Assembly (NCBI GenBank): GCA_944362965.1
Contig: CALVTR010000002.1
Location: forward strand, 80,145-144,144
DNA: 64,000 nt
Reading direction: 5' to 3'
Origin: an uncultured Clostridia bacterium
Lineage (GTDB): Bacteria; Bacillota; Clostridia; Christensenellales; UBA1242
Part shown: in pieces, positions 1 to 9,626 of the stretch
Layout: the number at the start of each line of letters is the position of its first letter
Position numbering within the stretch: position 1 is the first letter of the stretch
Translations under genes and position numbers: made by a program
The notes under the pieces: generated by a model
Databases searched by the model: none
The model's input: only the letters and a program-made list of their open reading frames with translations
Told to the model about the DNA's origin: nothing

Positions 1-394
1 ATCACTCCGCTATAGCTTGCTGAGACACCTTGACTTGTTAAAGTTGTAGGCAGTTCTACGTCAACTATTGTCCACTGAATATCTGTGGTGTTGATTATGT
101 CAAAATATAATGCAAAGGAACCGTGAGCGTTCTCTTCTGTTTCTAAAGAAGTCAAGTCCATATTGAAGCTTCCGTTTATGTAGCCCGGAGTGAAACTTTC
201 AATATCCACCGCTTCACCACCCGCTTCTTGATATCTTACATTTTTCACATACAAGCTTTTATCAGGAACTACAAAGTTTAAGTTCCCTTAATGCTTATTT
301 GCTGTTGCGTTGCCGCAAATACGCCTATGATTAGAACACCTAGCATAAGCATAAATAGTGAAATACATGATATTAGTTTTACTTTTAATGACAT
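1..394 (-). pseudogene. Frameshifted 5' part of a secreted-protein gene, paralog of 61591..62499 (continues past window start)
   Basis: ATG at 394 behind a GGAGA RBS gives signal peptide MSLKVKLISCISLFMLMLGVLIIGVFAATQQQISIKGT, then a stop at 280..278. The adjacent frame continues GNLNFVVPDKSLYVKNVRYQEAGGEAVDIESFTPGY.., colinear with INLKGNVQFNIDDSTLYIKDIRLSDG of the paralog. AAGGGAAAC in the paralog reads AAGGGAAC here (one A missing near 283). Confidence 0.6.
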
Positions 395-647
395 AATTCT
401 TCTCCATTTATATTTCTATTTTGTTAAAACCTGTTGTTTTTATGCAAATTTCGACCTTTTTTGCATATCTTAGCCACATTTTAGCACTCTTGTAATCCCT
501 ATGTCACAAGTGTGACGGCACAATGGCGTCAAATCACGACCAGAATTTTTTAAGCCATTTGATTTGGAGAGCGGAAACAATGTTTATATATCCAACTCAC
601 CCTATCGGACATTCGCTAAGCGTTAGGCTTGAGAGCAGGCGTTAGCC

Positions 648-740
648 CAAGAGCGAATGTCCAAACTCCATAGGAGTTTGTGAAAGGCAAAAGCCTTTCG
701 TAAATTTTTGCCTTTGCAAAAATTTACACATTCGCTCTTG
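648..740. repeat. Three-hairpin junction element E1
   Basis: Closing stem caagagcgaatgt/acattcgctcttg. It encloses hairpins aaactcc-ata-ggagttt, gaaaggc-aaaa-gcctttc and gtaaatttttgc-cttt-gcaaaaatttac. Confidence 0.65.
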
Positions 741-790
741 CGGCGAAGCCGCTCGCGATAGCCGCTTGACGCGTCTATCTTTATGCTATT

Positions 791-818
791 AGTATACCCC
801 CCCCGCAACCCACGTCAA
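791..818 (-). promoter_or_regulatory. Putative sigma-A type promoter with a G8 tract in the spacer (copy 1)
   Basis: Minus strand reads TTGACG-tgggttgc-GGGGGGGG-TATACT with an AT-rich upstream block. The same roughly 55-nt block recurs at 62962..63020, upstream of the paralogous gene, with G7 and TATAAT. Confidence 0.5.
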
Positions 819-943
819 GCAAATTTAACAAATTTTTTAAATTTTTTTGAAAAATTTTTGTTTTCTCGGATTTTTGGTTCAAGAGCGGAAATATAGTTTG
901 TCTCTTATTCTCGCCCTGCCGGACAATCGTCGAACATTTGGTT

Positions 944-1039
944 CGCAAGCGAATGGGTGATTTTTTAACAAAAAATCACAATAGGCAAAACTTGTTTTGC
1001 CTATCGAAAAACTCGAAGAGTTTTTTCCATTCGCTTGCG
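944..1039. repeat. Three-hairpin junction element E2
   Basis: Closing stem cgcaagcgaatgg/ccattcgcttgcg. Hairpins are gtgatttttt-aac-aaaaaatcac, ataggcaaaa-cttg-ttttgcctat and gaaaaactc-gaa-gagttttttc. Confidence 0.65.
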
Positions 1040-1184
1040 TGTGGCAAAGAAACCATATTTTAATCACTAGACATATTAAACAAAAAAAGACACAGAATTG
1101 CGGATTATCCGCTTTCTATGTCTATAATGCAAGTTTTATCAGTTCCATGAGTTCTTCGTCTTTAAACAACATTTTTATAATATA

Positions 1185-2690
1185 TTATTGAACAACAACG
1201 TCACCTTCAAGCCAAGACATGATAAAACCTTCAAGGTCGTAGCCTGTGGAATGATTGAAAGAAGCAATCATATCGGCAGGTGTGGCGTTTTTGAATGAAA
1301 AGTCTTGATAATAATCTTCTAGTGCCTTAAAAAATTTTCTATCTCCCACTGTTTCTCTTATAGCATCAAAAAGAAGTAAACCTTTTGTATAGGTGCATTG
1401 AACATACTCAGGCTCTGTGTTAAAAGCTGAGAGAGCTCTGTCCATGCTGGTGTCAACACTGCCTGTCACATTGGTATAAACACGGACAAAGGTTTTATAG
1501 CTTTGAAGAGCATTGTCAATCATAGTTTCGCTATCCTGCCCATAACTTGAATTATTTTCAAAGAATAGAAGTGTGCTATATTCTGCAAGCCCTTCATCCA
1601 TCCATGCATGGTTATTCTCATCGTTGCCAACAACACCATACCACCATTGGTGAGCAATCTCATGCACAATAACATAGGCAAGATCGTCGCTTGCAACTTC
1701 GTCACTTATTAGCACAAGGTTTGGATATTCCATGCCACCATGAACAAAATTTGATTTAACTATGCTAAGCTGGCTGTATGGATACTCGCCGAATAGTTCG
1801 TTGAAAGTTGCAAGAGCATCTTCGCAGACTTGAAGGCAGGTATCTAAGTTAGTGTCGCCATTATAGCCATAGTAGTTTATTATAGTGTTTCCAACCTTAC
1901 TGCTGGTATGAGAAAAATTTTCACTTAGCACCATGCAAAAGTCCCTTATTTTTTCTCCTGTCATTGTGCTTGTTGTGATATTGTTTTCAGTTGACGCTTC
2001 CATAAGTTGCCCTGAGCTTGCAAGCATATAGTTTGAAGGATAACTTATTGTGACATCATAATCTGCACATTCGCTATAGAATGGGTCGCCATTTGAATGA
2101 TAAAGGTCTGTTTTGAAGCCTACACCGCTTTCATACATGCATATTATTGGGTAAAAGTTGCCTAAGTTTATGGTATTTTCACCATAGCCTAAGCGGTGAT
2201 TGATATTTGCAAGAGTTGTGATAAAATTTATTGTAAAGGTGATGCTTTCATCTGGGTAGACTTCACTAGGAAGCTCCACTCTCAAAATATTTTGGTCTTC
2301 CCCTTCCACATTAAAGTCAATGCTCTCACCGTCACTTGTCACGCTTTGCACTTCAATACTGCCATAGCTTATACCATTTGGATAGGCGTTCTCTTCTTCT
2401 GCTGATGACACAACAGATGCAGATGCACCTTCCCTAAAAGCATTTGGATATAGATGCAAATATAGATATGTGAACATATTATCATAATTATTGACAAAGG
2501 TTATCTCTTCGCTGCCTGAGATAGTATGAGTGGTGTTATCATAAGAAAGCTCCATCTTATAACTAGAAAGTGGCGTTTCTTCTTTCTTTAGCCCTGTTAA
2601 GCACAGAAAAACCACTATTGCAATTATTACCACAAATAAAATTATTGTTGATATAATTTTTGTTTTTTTGTTTAATGTTATCTTTTTCAT
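1185..2690 (-). CDS. Membrane-anchored M1-family zinc aminopeptidase
   Basis: 501-aa ORF with an N-terminal TM helix. It carries a GxMEN-like GGMEYPNL motif and HEIAHQWWYG followed by WMDEGLAEY (HExxH-x18-E). Confidence 0.85.
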   Translation of the reverse strand: MKKITLNKKTKIISTIILFVVIIAIVVFLCLTGLKKEETPLSSYKMELSYDNTTHTISGSEEITFVNNYDNMFTYLYLHLYPNAFREGASASVVSSAEEENAYPNGISYGSIEVQSVTSDGESIDFNVEGEDQNILRVELPSEVYPDESITFTINFITTLANINHRLGYGENTINLGNFYPIICMYESGVGFKTDLYHSNGDPFYSECADYDVTISYPSNYMLASSGQLMEASTENNITTSTMTGEKIRDFCMVLSENFSHTSSKVGNTIINYYGYNGDTNLDTCLQVCEDALATFNELFGEYPYSQLSIVKSNFVHGGMEYPNLVLISDEVASDDLAYVIVHEIAHQWWYGVVGNDENNHAWMDEGLAEYSTLLFFENNSSYGQDSETMIDNALQSYKTFVRVYTNVTGSVDTSMDRALSAFNTEPEYVQCTYTKGLLLFDAIRETVGDRKFFKALEDYYQDFSFKNATPADMIASFNHSTGYDLEGFIMSWLEGDVVVQ

Positions 2691-2790
2691 GCTATAATAT
2701 ACTTGCTTGAATTTTGATTTATAACATTATAAATAAACTTTTACGGGAAAAATATGGCGGAATTTGTGGTAAACTCGGAGCGAGAACAAG

Positions 2791-2886
2791 GGGCGGAAAG
2801 CTTGAAATTTTAAACGAATGTTTAAAATTTGTTTTGCTTGCAAAAGCAAAACAGCAAAGCTTTTAAGCTTTGCAAGCTTTCCGCCC
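2791..2886. repeat. Three-hairpin junction element E3
   Basis: Closing stem gggcggaaagcttg/caagctttccgccc. Hairpins are aaattttaaac-gaat-gtttaaaattt, gttttgctt-gcaa-aagcaaaac and gcaaagctt-tt-aagctttgc. Confidence 0.7.
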
Positions 2887-2969
2887 TGTCAACCGGACAC
2901 ACAAAATTAACTAACAAAAAATGTTTGTAAATTCACAACAACTATGATAAACTATTAACGGAGATAAAA

Positions 2970-4415
2970 ATGGCTTTTTGTAAATATTCAACTGAATTTA
3001 TAGCAAATTCAAAAACTGAAATAGATAATATTTTTTTAAATGACTATCTGCCTTTTTCACAGCCCGAATTTGTGGTTGTGTATATTTATGGTCTATATCT
3101 ATGCAAAAGTAGTTCCTTTGACAATAGTCTTGAAAACTTTGCAAAGACGCTTAACATGAGTGAAGAAGATGTTATTGGTGCTTTTGAATATTGGGAAGAA
3201 CAAGGTCTTGTAAGACTGCTTAGAACTGACCCTATTCAAGTTACATATATTCCACTAAATAATGTTCTAACGGCAAACAAACTATATAAGCCAGACAAAT
3301 ATGAAGTGTTCAATCAACAGGCACAAAACATATTTCAAGGCAAGCGTGCAATATCTAAGCATGAGTATGAAGAATATTATGACTTTTTAGAGAGATATCA
3401 TGTTGAGCAGGAAGCGTTGCTTATGATTATGCAATACTGCGTGGAGACAAAAAAATCTGCCATTGGATACAACTATATTTTAACTGTGGCTAAAAACTGG
3501 GCAAACGAAGGCATAACCACAACAAAACAAGTTGAAGAAAAACTTAAGTCCTTTGAAGATAAAGACCCTGCCCTTGCAGAAATTTTCAATGCTATGGGTA
3601 TAAAGCGTGCCCCTTATGTTGAAGAACGTTCACTTCTAAACAAGTGGCTTAGTGATTATGGTTTCACCCTTGATGTTGTGCTTTATGTGTGCAAAAACTT
3701 TAAGAAAAAAGCAAGATTTTCTTTTGAAAAAGTTGATAGTCTTCTCACTAAATACTATGAAATGCGTCTTTTATCTGTTATGGAAATTGACAATTTCGAG
3801 AAAGAAAAACAAGAGCTTTACACTCTTGCAAAAGAAATCAACAAGACCATTGGCGTATACTATGAAAACCTTGAAGGCGTGGTTGAAAACTATATTCTTA
3901 AATGGATCAACTTGGGCTTTGAAAAAGAGCTTCTTTTAGAAATAGCCAACTATTGCTTTAAAAACTCAATTAGAACGCTTGAAGGTATGGACAGAACGGT
4001 TACTAAATTCTATAAGCTTGGAGTGTTGTCGCTTGACGCATTCAATGAATATATGGGGCATGTGCTTGCAGACGACAACAAGATCAAAGAATTATTGTCT
4101 AAAATGGGGTTGTCAAGAAATGTAAGTTCTTATGATCGCAACAACTATAAAGTATGGACGCAGGATTGGGCACTTAGTGACGACGTTATAGATTATGCAG
4201 CGTCTCTTGCAAATGGCAAGGACAATCCTATCAAATATATATCTAGAGTGCTTGCTGACTATCATGAAAAGGGAATAAAAAATATTGAAGAAGCCAAGAA
4301 TAACACCCCTATCACAGAGAAAGAACCACAAAGAAAATCTAATTTCACTGGGCGTAGTTATTCTAAAGGCGAACTTAATGCACTATTCCAATCTATTGAT
4401 GAAATTGATGTTTAG
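2970..4415 (+). CDS. Replication initiation / membrane attachment protein (Firmicutes DnaB-type, DnaD-domain protein)
   Basis: 481-aa ORF ending 9 nt before dnaI, matching the Bacillus dnaB-dnaI order. It has repeated DnaD-like C-terminal modules (..ILTVAKNWANEGITT.., ..IKYISRVLADYHEKGIKN..). Confidence 0.75.
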   Translation: MAFCKYSTEFIANSKTEIDNIFLNDYLPFSQPEFVVVYIYGLYLCKSSSFDNSLENFAKTLNMSEEDVIGAFEYWEEQGLVRLLRTDPIQVTYIPLNNVLTANKLYKPDKYEVFNQQAQNIFQGKRAISKHEYEEYYDFLERYHVEQEALLMIMQYCVETKKSAIGYNYILTVAKNWANEGITTTKQVEEKLKSFEDKDPALAEIFNAMGIKRAPYVEERSLLNKWLSDYGFTLDVVLYVCKNFKKKARFSFEKVDSLLTKYYEMRLLSVMEIDNFEKEKQELYTLAKEINKTIGVYYENLEGVVENYILKWINLGFEKELLLEIANYCFKNSIRTLEGMDRTVTKFYKLGVLSLDAFNEYMGHVLADDNKIKELLSKMGLSRNVSSYDRNNYKVWTQDWALSDDVIDYAASLANGKDNPIKYISRVLADYHEKGIKNIEEAKNNTPITEKEPQRKSNFTGRSYSKGELNALFQSIDEIDV

Positions 4416-4424
4416 GAGTTTAAT

Positions 4425-5339
4425 ATGAAAACAACCATAATTGAACAAGCAAAAAGAATCATTGACCTGCGAAGATACAAGGCTGAAAATGATGCAATAA
4501 ACAACAAGGTAGAAGCACTGAAAGATGAAAAATTTAAAACGCTTTATCAAACTTATGTGGCTAAAATGATTGAATGTGCAAAAGAAAATAGAGAGTTATC
4601 GGCAGCTGACAATAAACTTAAAACGCAATACCTTGCAAGGCTTAAAGAGCTTGGACTATCTTCTATTGAACCTGACTATACTTGCAAAGAATGTGGTGAC
4701 ACGGGCTATGTTGATGGCAAATACTGCGTTTGTCTTAAAAAAGAGATAAATAAGATTTTAAAAAGAGATAGCGGATTTGACTTCCTTGAAAGCTTTGATG
4801 ATGCCAATTTTGATATATTTGAAAATAAAGAATATATGCAAAAACTTTATGCAAAAATGAAAAAATGGTGTCACTCTGATTTTAAGAAAACTTTGATCTA
4901 TATTGCTGGTGACACAGGTGTTGGCAAAACTCACCTTATAAAATGTATGGCAAATGAGCTTATAAATTTAAACCATATAGTTAGGTTTACAACATCTTTT
5001 TCAATGCATCAAGACTTTGTTAAAAGTTATTCAACAAGAGACCTTGACGAGAAAAACAACCTACTTGAAAAATATCTCGGGGTTGAAGTATTATTTATAG
5101 ATGATTTAGGCACAGAAATTGGCAAGTATCGTGATATAACGCTCAACTATTTATACCAAGTTTTAAATGAAAGAAAGTTAAATAAATTGCCTACCATTAT
5201 AACCTCTAATCTAACTCTTGATGATTTAAAAGACTATTATGACGAACGAATTTCAAGCCGCATAATAGACAAAGACACGGCTGTAACTGTATTTATTTCA
5301 GGTAAAGATTTGAGGCTAAAAGATATAAAAAACAAGTAA
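4425..5339 (+). CDS. dnaI: Primosomal helicase loader DnaI (AAA+)
   Basis: Zinc motif CKECGDTGYVDGKYCVC, Walker A GDTGVGKTH and Walker B LFIDDLG. Confidence 0.85.
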   Translation: MKTTIIEQAKRIIDLRRYKAENDAINNKVEALKDEKFKTLYQTYVAKMIECAKENRELSAADNKLKTQYLARLKELGLSSIEPDYTCKECGDTGYVDGKYCVCLKKEINKILKRDSGFDFLESFDDANFDIFENKEYMQKLYAKMKKWCHSDFKKTLIYIAGDTGVGKTHLIKCMANELINLNHIVRFTTSFSMHQDFVKSYSTRDLDEKNNLLEKYLGVEVLFIDDLGTEIGKYRDITLNYLYQVLNERKLNKLPTIITSNLTLDDLKDYYDERISSRIIDKDTAVTVFISGKDLRLKDIKNK

Positions 5340-5351
5340 AAACACAAAAAA

Positions 5352-5386
5352 ATGCAGAAAAAACATGATTTTTCTGCATTTTTTAT
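5352..5386. terminator. Rho-independent terminator (bidirectional position)
   Basis: atgcagaaaaa-acatga-tttttctgcat followed by a T run. It lies between convergent dnaI and the MBL hydrolase gene. Confidence 0.7.
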
Positions 5387-5410
5387 TAAATTATTGACAA
5401 ATGTTTGAAT

Positions 5411-6037
5411 TTATTGTTTAAATTCTCTTGATAAAAATCTTTTGAAAACGCCTATATTTTTCATTTGAAAAGCATAGTCACTTGTTCCACCATGACCGCT
5501 ATAGACCTTATCAAATTTTACATTTTCGAGCTTGCACAAACTTTCAAACATTTGTTTTTTGTCTGAATTTTTAAGGTCGGTTCTTCCTATTCCATTTTCA
5601 AAAAGCACGTCGCCTGAAAACATTATATTATCTATAACATAGCACTCGCAGCATACAGAATGACCCGGACAATAGTAACAAGAAATATCAAAGCCCCCTA
5701 TTTTTATTTTTCCGTCGCCTTTTATAAATTCAAAGTGTGAAAAGTCGTCTATAGTGGAATAATCTTCGCTATAAATGGCAACAGGGTCTGTCATTGTTGT
5801 TTTAATATTCTCATTTGCGTAAACTTTGGCATTAAACTCTTTCGCGTAGTCATTACAATAGCAAGAGTGGTCAAAGTGTCCATGTGTGAGCAGTATCCCA
5901 ACAACTTTATCTGTTCCAACCGCAACTTTAACTTTGTCAAGTTTAGCTCCGCTATCTATGATTAGACACTCACCGCCTTTCTTTATGACATACACATGTG
6001 CTTCTAAATAGTCACCTAATAATGTTTTTACTTCCAA
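5411..6037 (-). CDS. MBL-fold metallo-hydrolase
   Basis: HGHFDH metal motif and a later CPGHS motif. A TTG at 6037, 4 nt after AAGGAGAG, is a more plausible start than the track start at 6100. Confidence 0.8.
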   Translation of the reverse strand: MEVKTLLGDYLEAHVYVIKKGGECLIIDSGAKLDKVKVAVGTDKVVGILLTHGHFDHSCYCNDYAKEFNAKVYANENIKTTMTDPVAIYSEDYSTIDDFSHFEFIKGDGKIKIGGFDISCYYCPGHSVCCECYVIDNIMFSGDVLFENGIGRTDLKNSDKKQMFESLCKLENVKFDKVYSGHGGTSDYAFQMKNIGVFKRFLSREFKQ

Positions 6038-6154
6038 CGTTCTCTCCTTAAGACACCAATAATTATACCACTTTTTATAAAATAATAAAACTTTTTGCAA
6101 TTATTTTTGACTTTATTATCATTTTTGTTATAATAGATAAAAAGGAAGATAAAG

Positions 6155-7423
6155 ATGCTTAAGTCGCTTTCAAAAAACTATGTTAATGAGTTATTAAATT
6201 ATTTCAGTGTTGAGCACGAAAATTCTTATGAATTTGAAGAAGGTGATATCACTGATATCATCTTTAGTGCACCACACTCTGTTAGTCAAACTAGAAATGG
6301 AAAGATTAAGTGTGCAGAGCCTTACACTGGTGTGATTGCAAAGATTTTACATAAAAATTATGGTTATAGTGTTCTCTACAAAACGAAAAATTGTGGAGAC
6401 GATGCAAATTATGACGAAAAGTCTCCATATAAAAACAAATTGTATGCAATTTGCAGAAAATATAAACCTATTCTAGTGATTGATTTGCATGGACTTTCTA
6501 AAAAACGTGATTGCATTATTAATCTCGGCACTAACTTTGGCAACACCCTTCAAGATGACACTGAAACTTTGAACGAGCTTATACATTGCTTAAGAAATGC
6601 CGGTATAAACAAAATTACAACTGACCACCCTTTCTTTGCAAGTGAAAATACTATAGCAAGTTCTGTTTCAAGAAAACTAAAACAAAAGGCAATACAAATT
6701 GAAATCAATTTTGGGTATTTAGACAAATCACCTGAACATATTTTGAATGTGATAAACGCCCTGCATAGTTTTTGCCAAAAAATTCGAAAACGTAATGTTG
6801 TTCGTTCAAGAGTTATTGATATCGCAAGACTTCGAGACATTGATGAAAAATTCTATCAAAGTCAAAGCCTCAACGATTTTGAATATGTTTCAAGCATGCC
6901 GGAAATTGTGCTTTCTGCCCCACACGCAAAGCAAAGTATGCTCTATGGGAAGGTTAAAGCGAGCGAGAGCATGACAGGAAGTATTTGCAAACTCTTCTAT
7001 AAAGAATTTGGATTTTCAATAATCTACAAAAGCAGAGACAACGAAATTGACTATTTTAACACAAAATATAATGACTATAAAAATACCCTTTTTAAAAACG
7101 TTATCAAAAATCAAACAAAGCTTTTTCTTGAGCTGCATATTCTTAACAAAGAACGCGTGCAAGACGTGACAATGTTCTTGCCTGAAGATTATGATAAAGA
7201 AAAATTTTATCAAATCATAAACATTTTAAATAAGCACGGGCTTGAATATTTCTCAATCAACTCAATATTTGACTCATATAAAAAATCTAGAACAATCAAT
7301 CAAATCAGAAACGATTGTTTCAAACTTCAACTTTGTTTTAATCAGCGTCTTATTGACAATGATGAAACCTTGCTTAATTGCGTAAATGCACTTAAAGACA
7401 TCATATCACTTTTCTTAGATTGA
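6155..7423 (+). CDS. Internally duplicated protein, N-formylglutamate amidohydrolase-like fold (function unknown)
   Basis: Two roughly 200-aa repeats. The first reads SAPHSVSQTRNGKIKCAEPYTG...VIDLHGL and the second SAPHAKQSMLYGKVKASESMTG...LELHIL. The family assignment is tentative. Confidence 0.5.
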   Translation: MLKSLSKNYVNELLNYFSVEHENSYEFEEGDITDIIFSAPHSVSQTRNGKIKCAEPYTGVIAKILHKNYGYSVLYKTKNCGDDANYDEKSPYKNKLYAICRKYKPILVIDLHGLSKKRDCIINLGTNFGNTLQDDTETLNELIHCLRNAGINKITTDHPFFASENTIASSVSRKLKQKAIQIEINFGYLDKSPEHILNVINALHSFCQKIRKRNVVRSRVIDIARLRDIDEKFYQSQSLNDFEYVSSMPEIVLSAPHAKQSMLYGKVKASESMTGSICKLFYKEFGFSIIYKSRDNEIDYFNTKYNDYKNTLFKNVIKNQTKLFLELHILNKERVQDVTMFLPEDYDKEKFYQIINILNKHGLEYFSINSIFDSYKKSRTINQIRNDCFKLQLCFNQRLIDNDETLLNCVNALKDIISLFLD

Positions 7424-7427
7424 TACT

Positions 7428-7457
7428 AAGCCAAGACCAAGTTCTTGGCTTTTTTGT
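7428..7457 (+). terminator. Rho-independent terminator
   Basis: aagccaaga-ccaa-gttcttggctt plus a T run directly after the stop at 7423. Confidence 0.7.
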
Positions 7458-7606
7458 TTTATGTTTTATTTCTAATAATACATTTTTTATTATGCACATA
7501 TATTTAAATCTTTTAAAACCAACTTTTACAAATAAAATCACTAAATTTTGCTATTTTTATTGACTATTTTCCCCTTTTATTGTATCATTATATAGTAAAA
7601 ATTTTT

Positions 7607-7680
7607 AGGGGTGTAGTTCATCGGTAGAATAAGAGTCTCCAAAACTCCTGAGGTGGGTTCGATTCCTACCACCCCTGCCA
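7607..7680 (+). tRNA. trnW: tRNA-Trp (anticodon CCA)
   Basis: Acceptor AGGGGTG/CACCCCT, T-arm GGTTCGATTCC, anticodon loop CTCCAAA and an encoded CCA end. Confidence 0.9.
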
Positions 7681-7690
7681 GAGTTTATCT

Positions 7691-7716
7691 AAAGCACCAT
7701 TTAAGGTGCTTTTTTG
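7691..7716 (+). terminator. Rho-independent terminator after tRNA-Trp
   Basis: aaagcacc-attta-aggtgcttt plus TTTTG. Confidence 0.7.
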
Positions 7717-7816
7717 TTGATGTTTTGTAGAAATTTAGTCACATTTTAGGCACAAAATTTTTTAATTTTTGTTATATTATTAGTTGCAAAAATTTTTGTA
7801 TTTCTTTGTAGGTGTT

Positions 7817-7905
7817 TTCGGGCAAGGAAGCGCGAGCGTGAGCGAGCAAATTGCGAAGCAATTTATAAAATTTTAAGAATTAAAATTTTGGCTTCCTTGC
7901 CCGAA
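7817..7905. repeat. Three-hairpin junction element E4 (first arm degenerate)
   Basis: Closing stem ttcgggcaaggaagc/gcttccttgcccgaa. Hairpins are aaattgc-gaa-gcaattt and aaaattttaa-gaa-ttaaaatttt. The first arm is replaced by non-palindromic gcgagcgtgagcgagc, which resembles the GC-rich repeat family. Confidence 0.55.
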
Positions 7906-7954
7906 CCGCTTGCTTTTGTCGAATTTTATGCTATAATCATTAAGTGAGGTTTTT

Positions 7955-8575
7955 ATGATTATTGGAATTGATATAGACGGCGTGCTATGCAACCTTAATG
8001 GTTATGTGCATAAATACTTTAAAAAATATCTTGAAGAGAATAACATTCCATATAAATTTGATAAAACAAAAGAATACTTTAATGACCAATTTCATGTTGA
8101 AAAGGACTATGAAATTGACTTTTGGCGAGCAGTATCTTTGCACTATGCGAAAAAAGTTGTTATGAAAAATCAAGCAAATTTAGTAACTCATAAATTACAT
8201 AAAGAAGGTCATAAGCTTATTATTGTTACGTCTAGGCTTTATTCAACAGAAGATAGTGATTTTGGAAGAAAAATTCAGGAGCTTGTTTTACAGTGGCTTG
8301 AAAAACATAAAATCTATTATGACAAAATATTCTTTTGTGACGAAAAAATTGGAAAACTTGACGTTATTAAAGAACAAAAAATTGACGTTATGATTGATGA
8401 TTCTCTGCGAAATATAAATGAAATATCTGAAATTATCCCCGTTTTTGTTTTTAGGAACTCAGCAAATAGAAAAGCAAAGGGTAAAAACAAAATAATTGTA
8501 AATGGTTGGAAAGATATTTATAAAAATATTTCAAAAATGAGCAAAGCTCAAAACAAAGAAAAAACACTTAAATAA
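7955..8575 (+). CDS. HAD-superfamily 5'(3')-deoxyribonucleotidase-like phosphatase
   Basis: N-terminal IGIDIDGVL (DxDxV) motif, a later VTSR motif and a MIDD acidic motif. Confidence 0.65.
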   Translation: MIIGIDIDGVLCNLNGYVHKYFKKYLEENNIPYKFDKTKEYFNDQFHVEKDYEIDFWRAVSLHYAKKVVMKNQANLVTHKLHKEGHKLIIVTSRLYSTEDSDFGRKIQELVLQWLEKHKIYYDKIFFCDEKIGKLDVIKEQKIDVMIDDSLRNINEISEIIPVFVFRNSANRKAKGKNKIIVNGWKDIYKNISKMSKAQNKEKTLK

Positions 8576-8586
8576 TTTTAAGTGTT

Positions 8587-8877
8587 TTATTTTTTCAAAA
8601 ATTCTATCAAACTATTCTTTTTGTCGCTTGGAATTGTTTTTATGATTTTTAATAATTCTATATCTGCATCATACCCTTCAAAATCTTCACTAAAAAATTT
8701 TTCTAAAGAACAATCGCATACTTCTAGTATATCTAAGAGCTTTTCCACAGATAAAGTTATTCTCCCGTTTTCTATTTGACTTATACTCATACCTATTCTT
8801 AAACTAAGTTCTCTAGCAGATAGATTAGCTTTATTTCTCACTATGCCTAATCTATTGATGATATCTTTTATTTCCAT
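8587..8877 (-). CDS. XRE-family helix-turn-helix transcriptional regulator
   Basis: 96 aa. The HTH segment reads LSARELSLRIGMSISQIENGRITLSVEKL. Confidence 0.8.
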   Translation of the reverse strand: MEIKDIINRLGIVRNKANLSARELSLRIGMSISQIENGRITLSVEKLLDILEVCDCSLEKFFSEDFEGYDADIELLKIIKTIPSDKKNSLIEFLKK

Positions 8878-8941
8878 AGTATTATTATATCAAAGAAAAA
8901 GAATATTGAAAATATTTTTTATGTATAATTCAATATTTTTT

Positions 8942-9289
8942 TTAAAATCCTAATGAAATTAAAAGTGCCTTGTTGACTTCTCTCATCTTTTCAGGTGAAA
9001 GCGTTGTCACCTTTTCTTGCAAACGGCGTTTATCGAGTGTGCGTATCTGTTCAAGCAGAGCCACAGAGTTTTTAGGCAGGTTATATTTTTCGGCGGGCAA
9101 TTCAATATGGGTCGGCAACTTTGCCTTGCCTAGCTGGCTTGTTATTGCTGATACTATAACAGTTGGTGAATATTTGTTTCCAACATCGTTTTGAATTATA
9201 AGCACAGGACGAACACCACCCTGTTCACTTCCAACAACAGGGCTAAGGTCAGCGTAATAAATTTCTCCGCGTCTTATTTGTCCGTCCAT
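8942..9289 (-). CDS. mazF: Type II toxin MazF/EndoA (PemK family mRNA interferase)
   Basis: [47 protein letters not shown] is near-identical in pattern to Bacillus EndoA. Confidence 0.9.
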   Translation of the reverse strand: MDGQIRRGEIYYADLSPVVGSEQGGVRPVLIIQNDVGNKYSPTVIVSAITSQLGKAKLPTHIELPAEKYNLPKNSVALLEQIRTLDKRRLQEKVTTLSPEKMREVNKALLISLGF

Positions 9290-9509
9290 TCTCTTCCTTT
9301 TTTAAGTAGTCTATCAAATCGGCTTTTTCAAGTGGTGCAAGTTCTTTTAAAGTTTCTCTATAAACTTCTTCAAAAACTTTTTCGTCCTTTACTTCCATTC
9401 TATGCGAGCCGTCACCAAAGTTTGCATGCAAAACTTGACTAATATAGTCGTCTCCGGCTCTCTTTGCATACCTTTTAAGCTTTCTTTTTAACTTTGATTT
9501 TTCAAACAT
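9249..9509 (-). CDS. Putative cognate antitoxin (non-canonical sequence)
   Basis: 86-aa ORF immediately upstream of mazF, overlapping it by 41 nt. The call rests on position only; no obvious RHH/AbrB motif was seen. Confidence 0.5.
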   Translation of the reverse strand: MFEKSKLKRKLKRYAKRAGDDYISQVLHANFGDGSHRMEVKDEKVFEEVYRETLKELAPLEKADLIDYLKKEENGRTNKTRRNLLR

Positions 9510-9626
9510 GATTATCTCCTAAATAGATTATTTTTAAACTTATTTTCTTTAGTTTGCAAAAAAATCATTTAAATATACAAAAAATGTCAAGGTAAGCTGC
9601 CTTGACATATATATTTAATTATTTTT

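Noticed and set aside
5411-6100. N-terminal extensions of several track ORFs (for example 5411..6100, 9627..10016, 12608.., 22321.., 24824..25303, 30598..31926, 34453..34905, 38061.., 48659..50503, 50733..51593)
   Set aside because: In each case an internal start codon has a good Shine-Dalgarno sequence and matches the family N-terminus. The extensions are hydrophobic or low-complexity read-through of upstream spacers.
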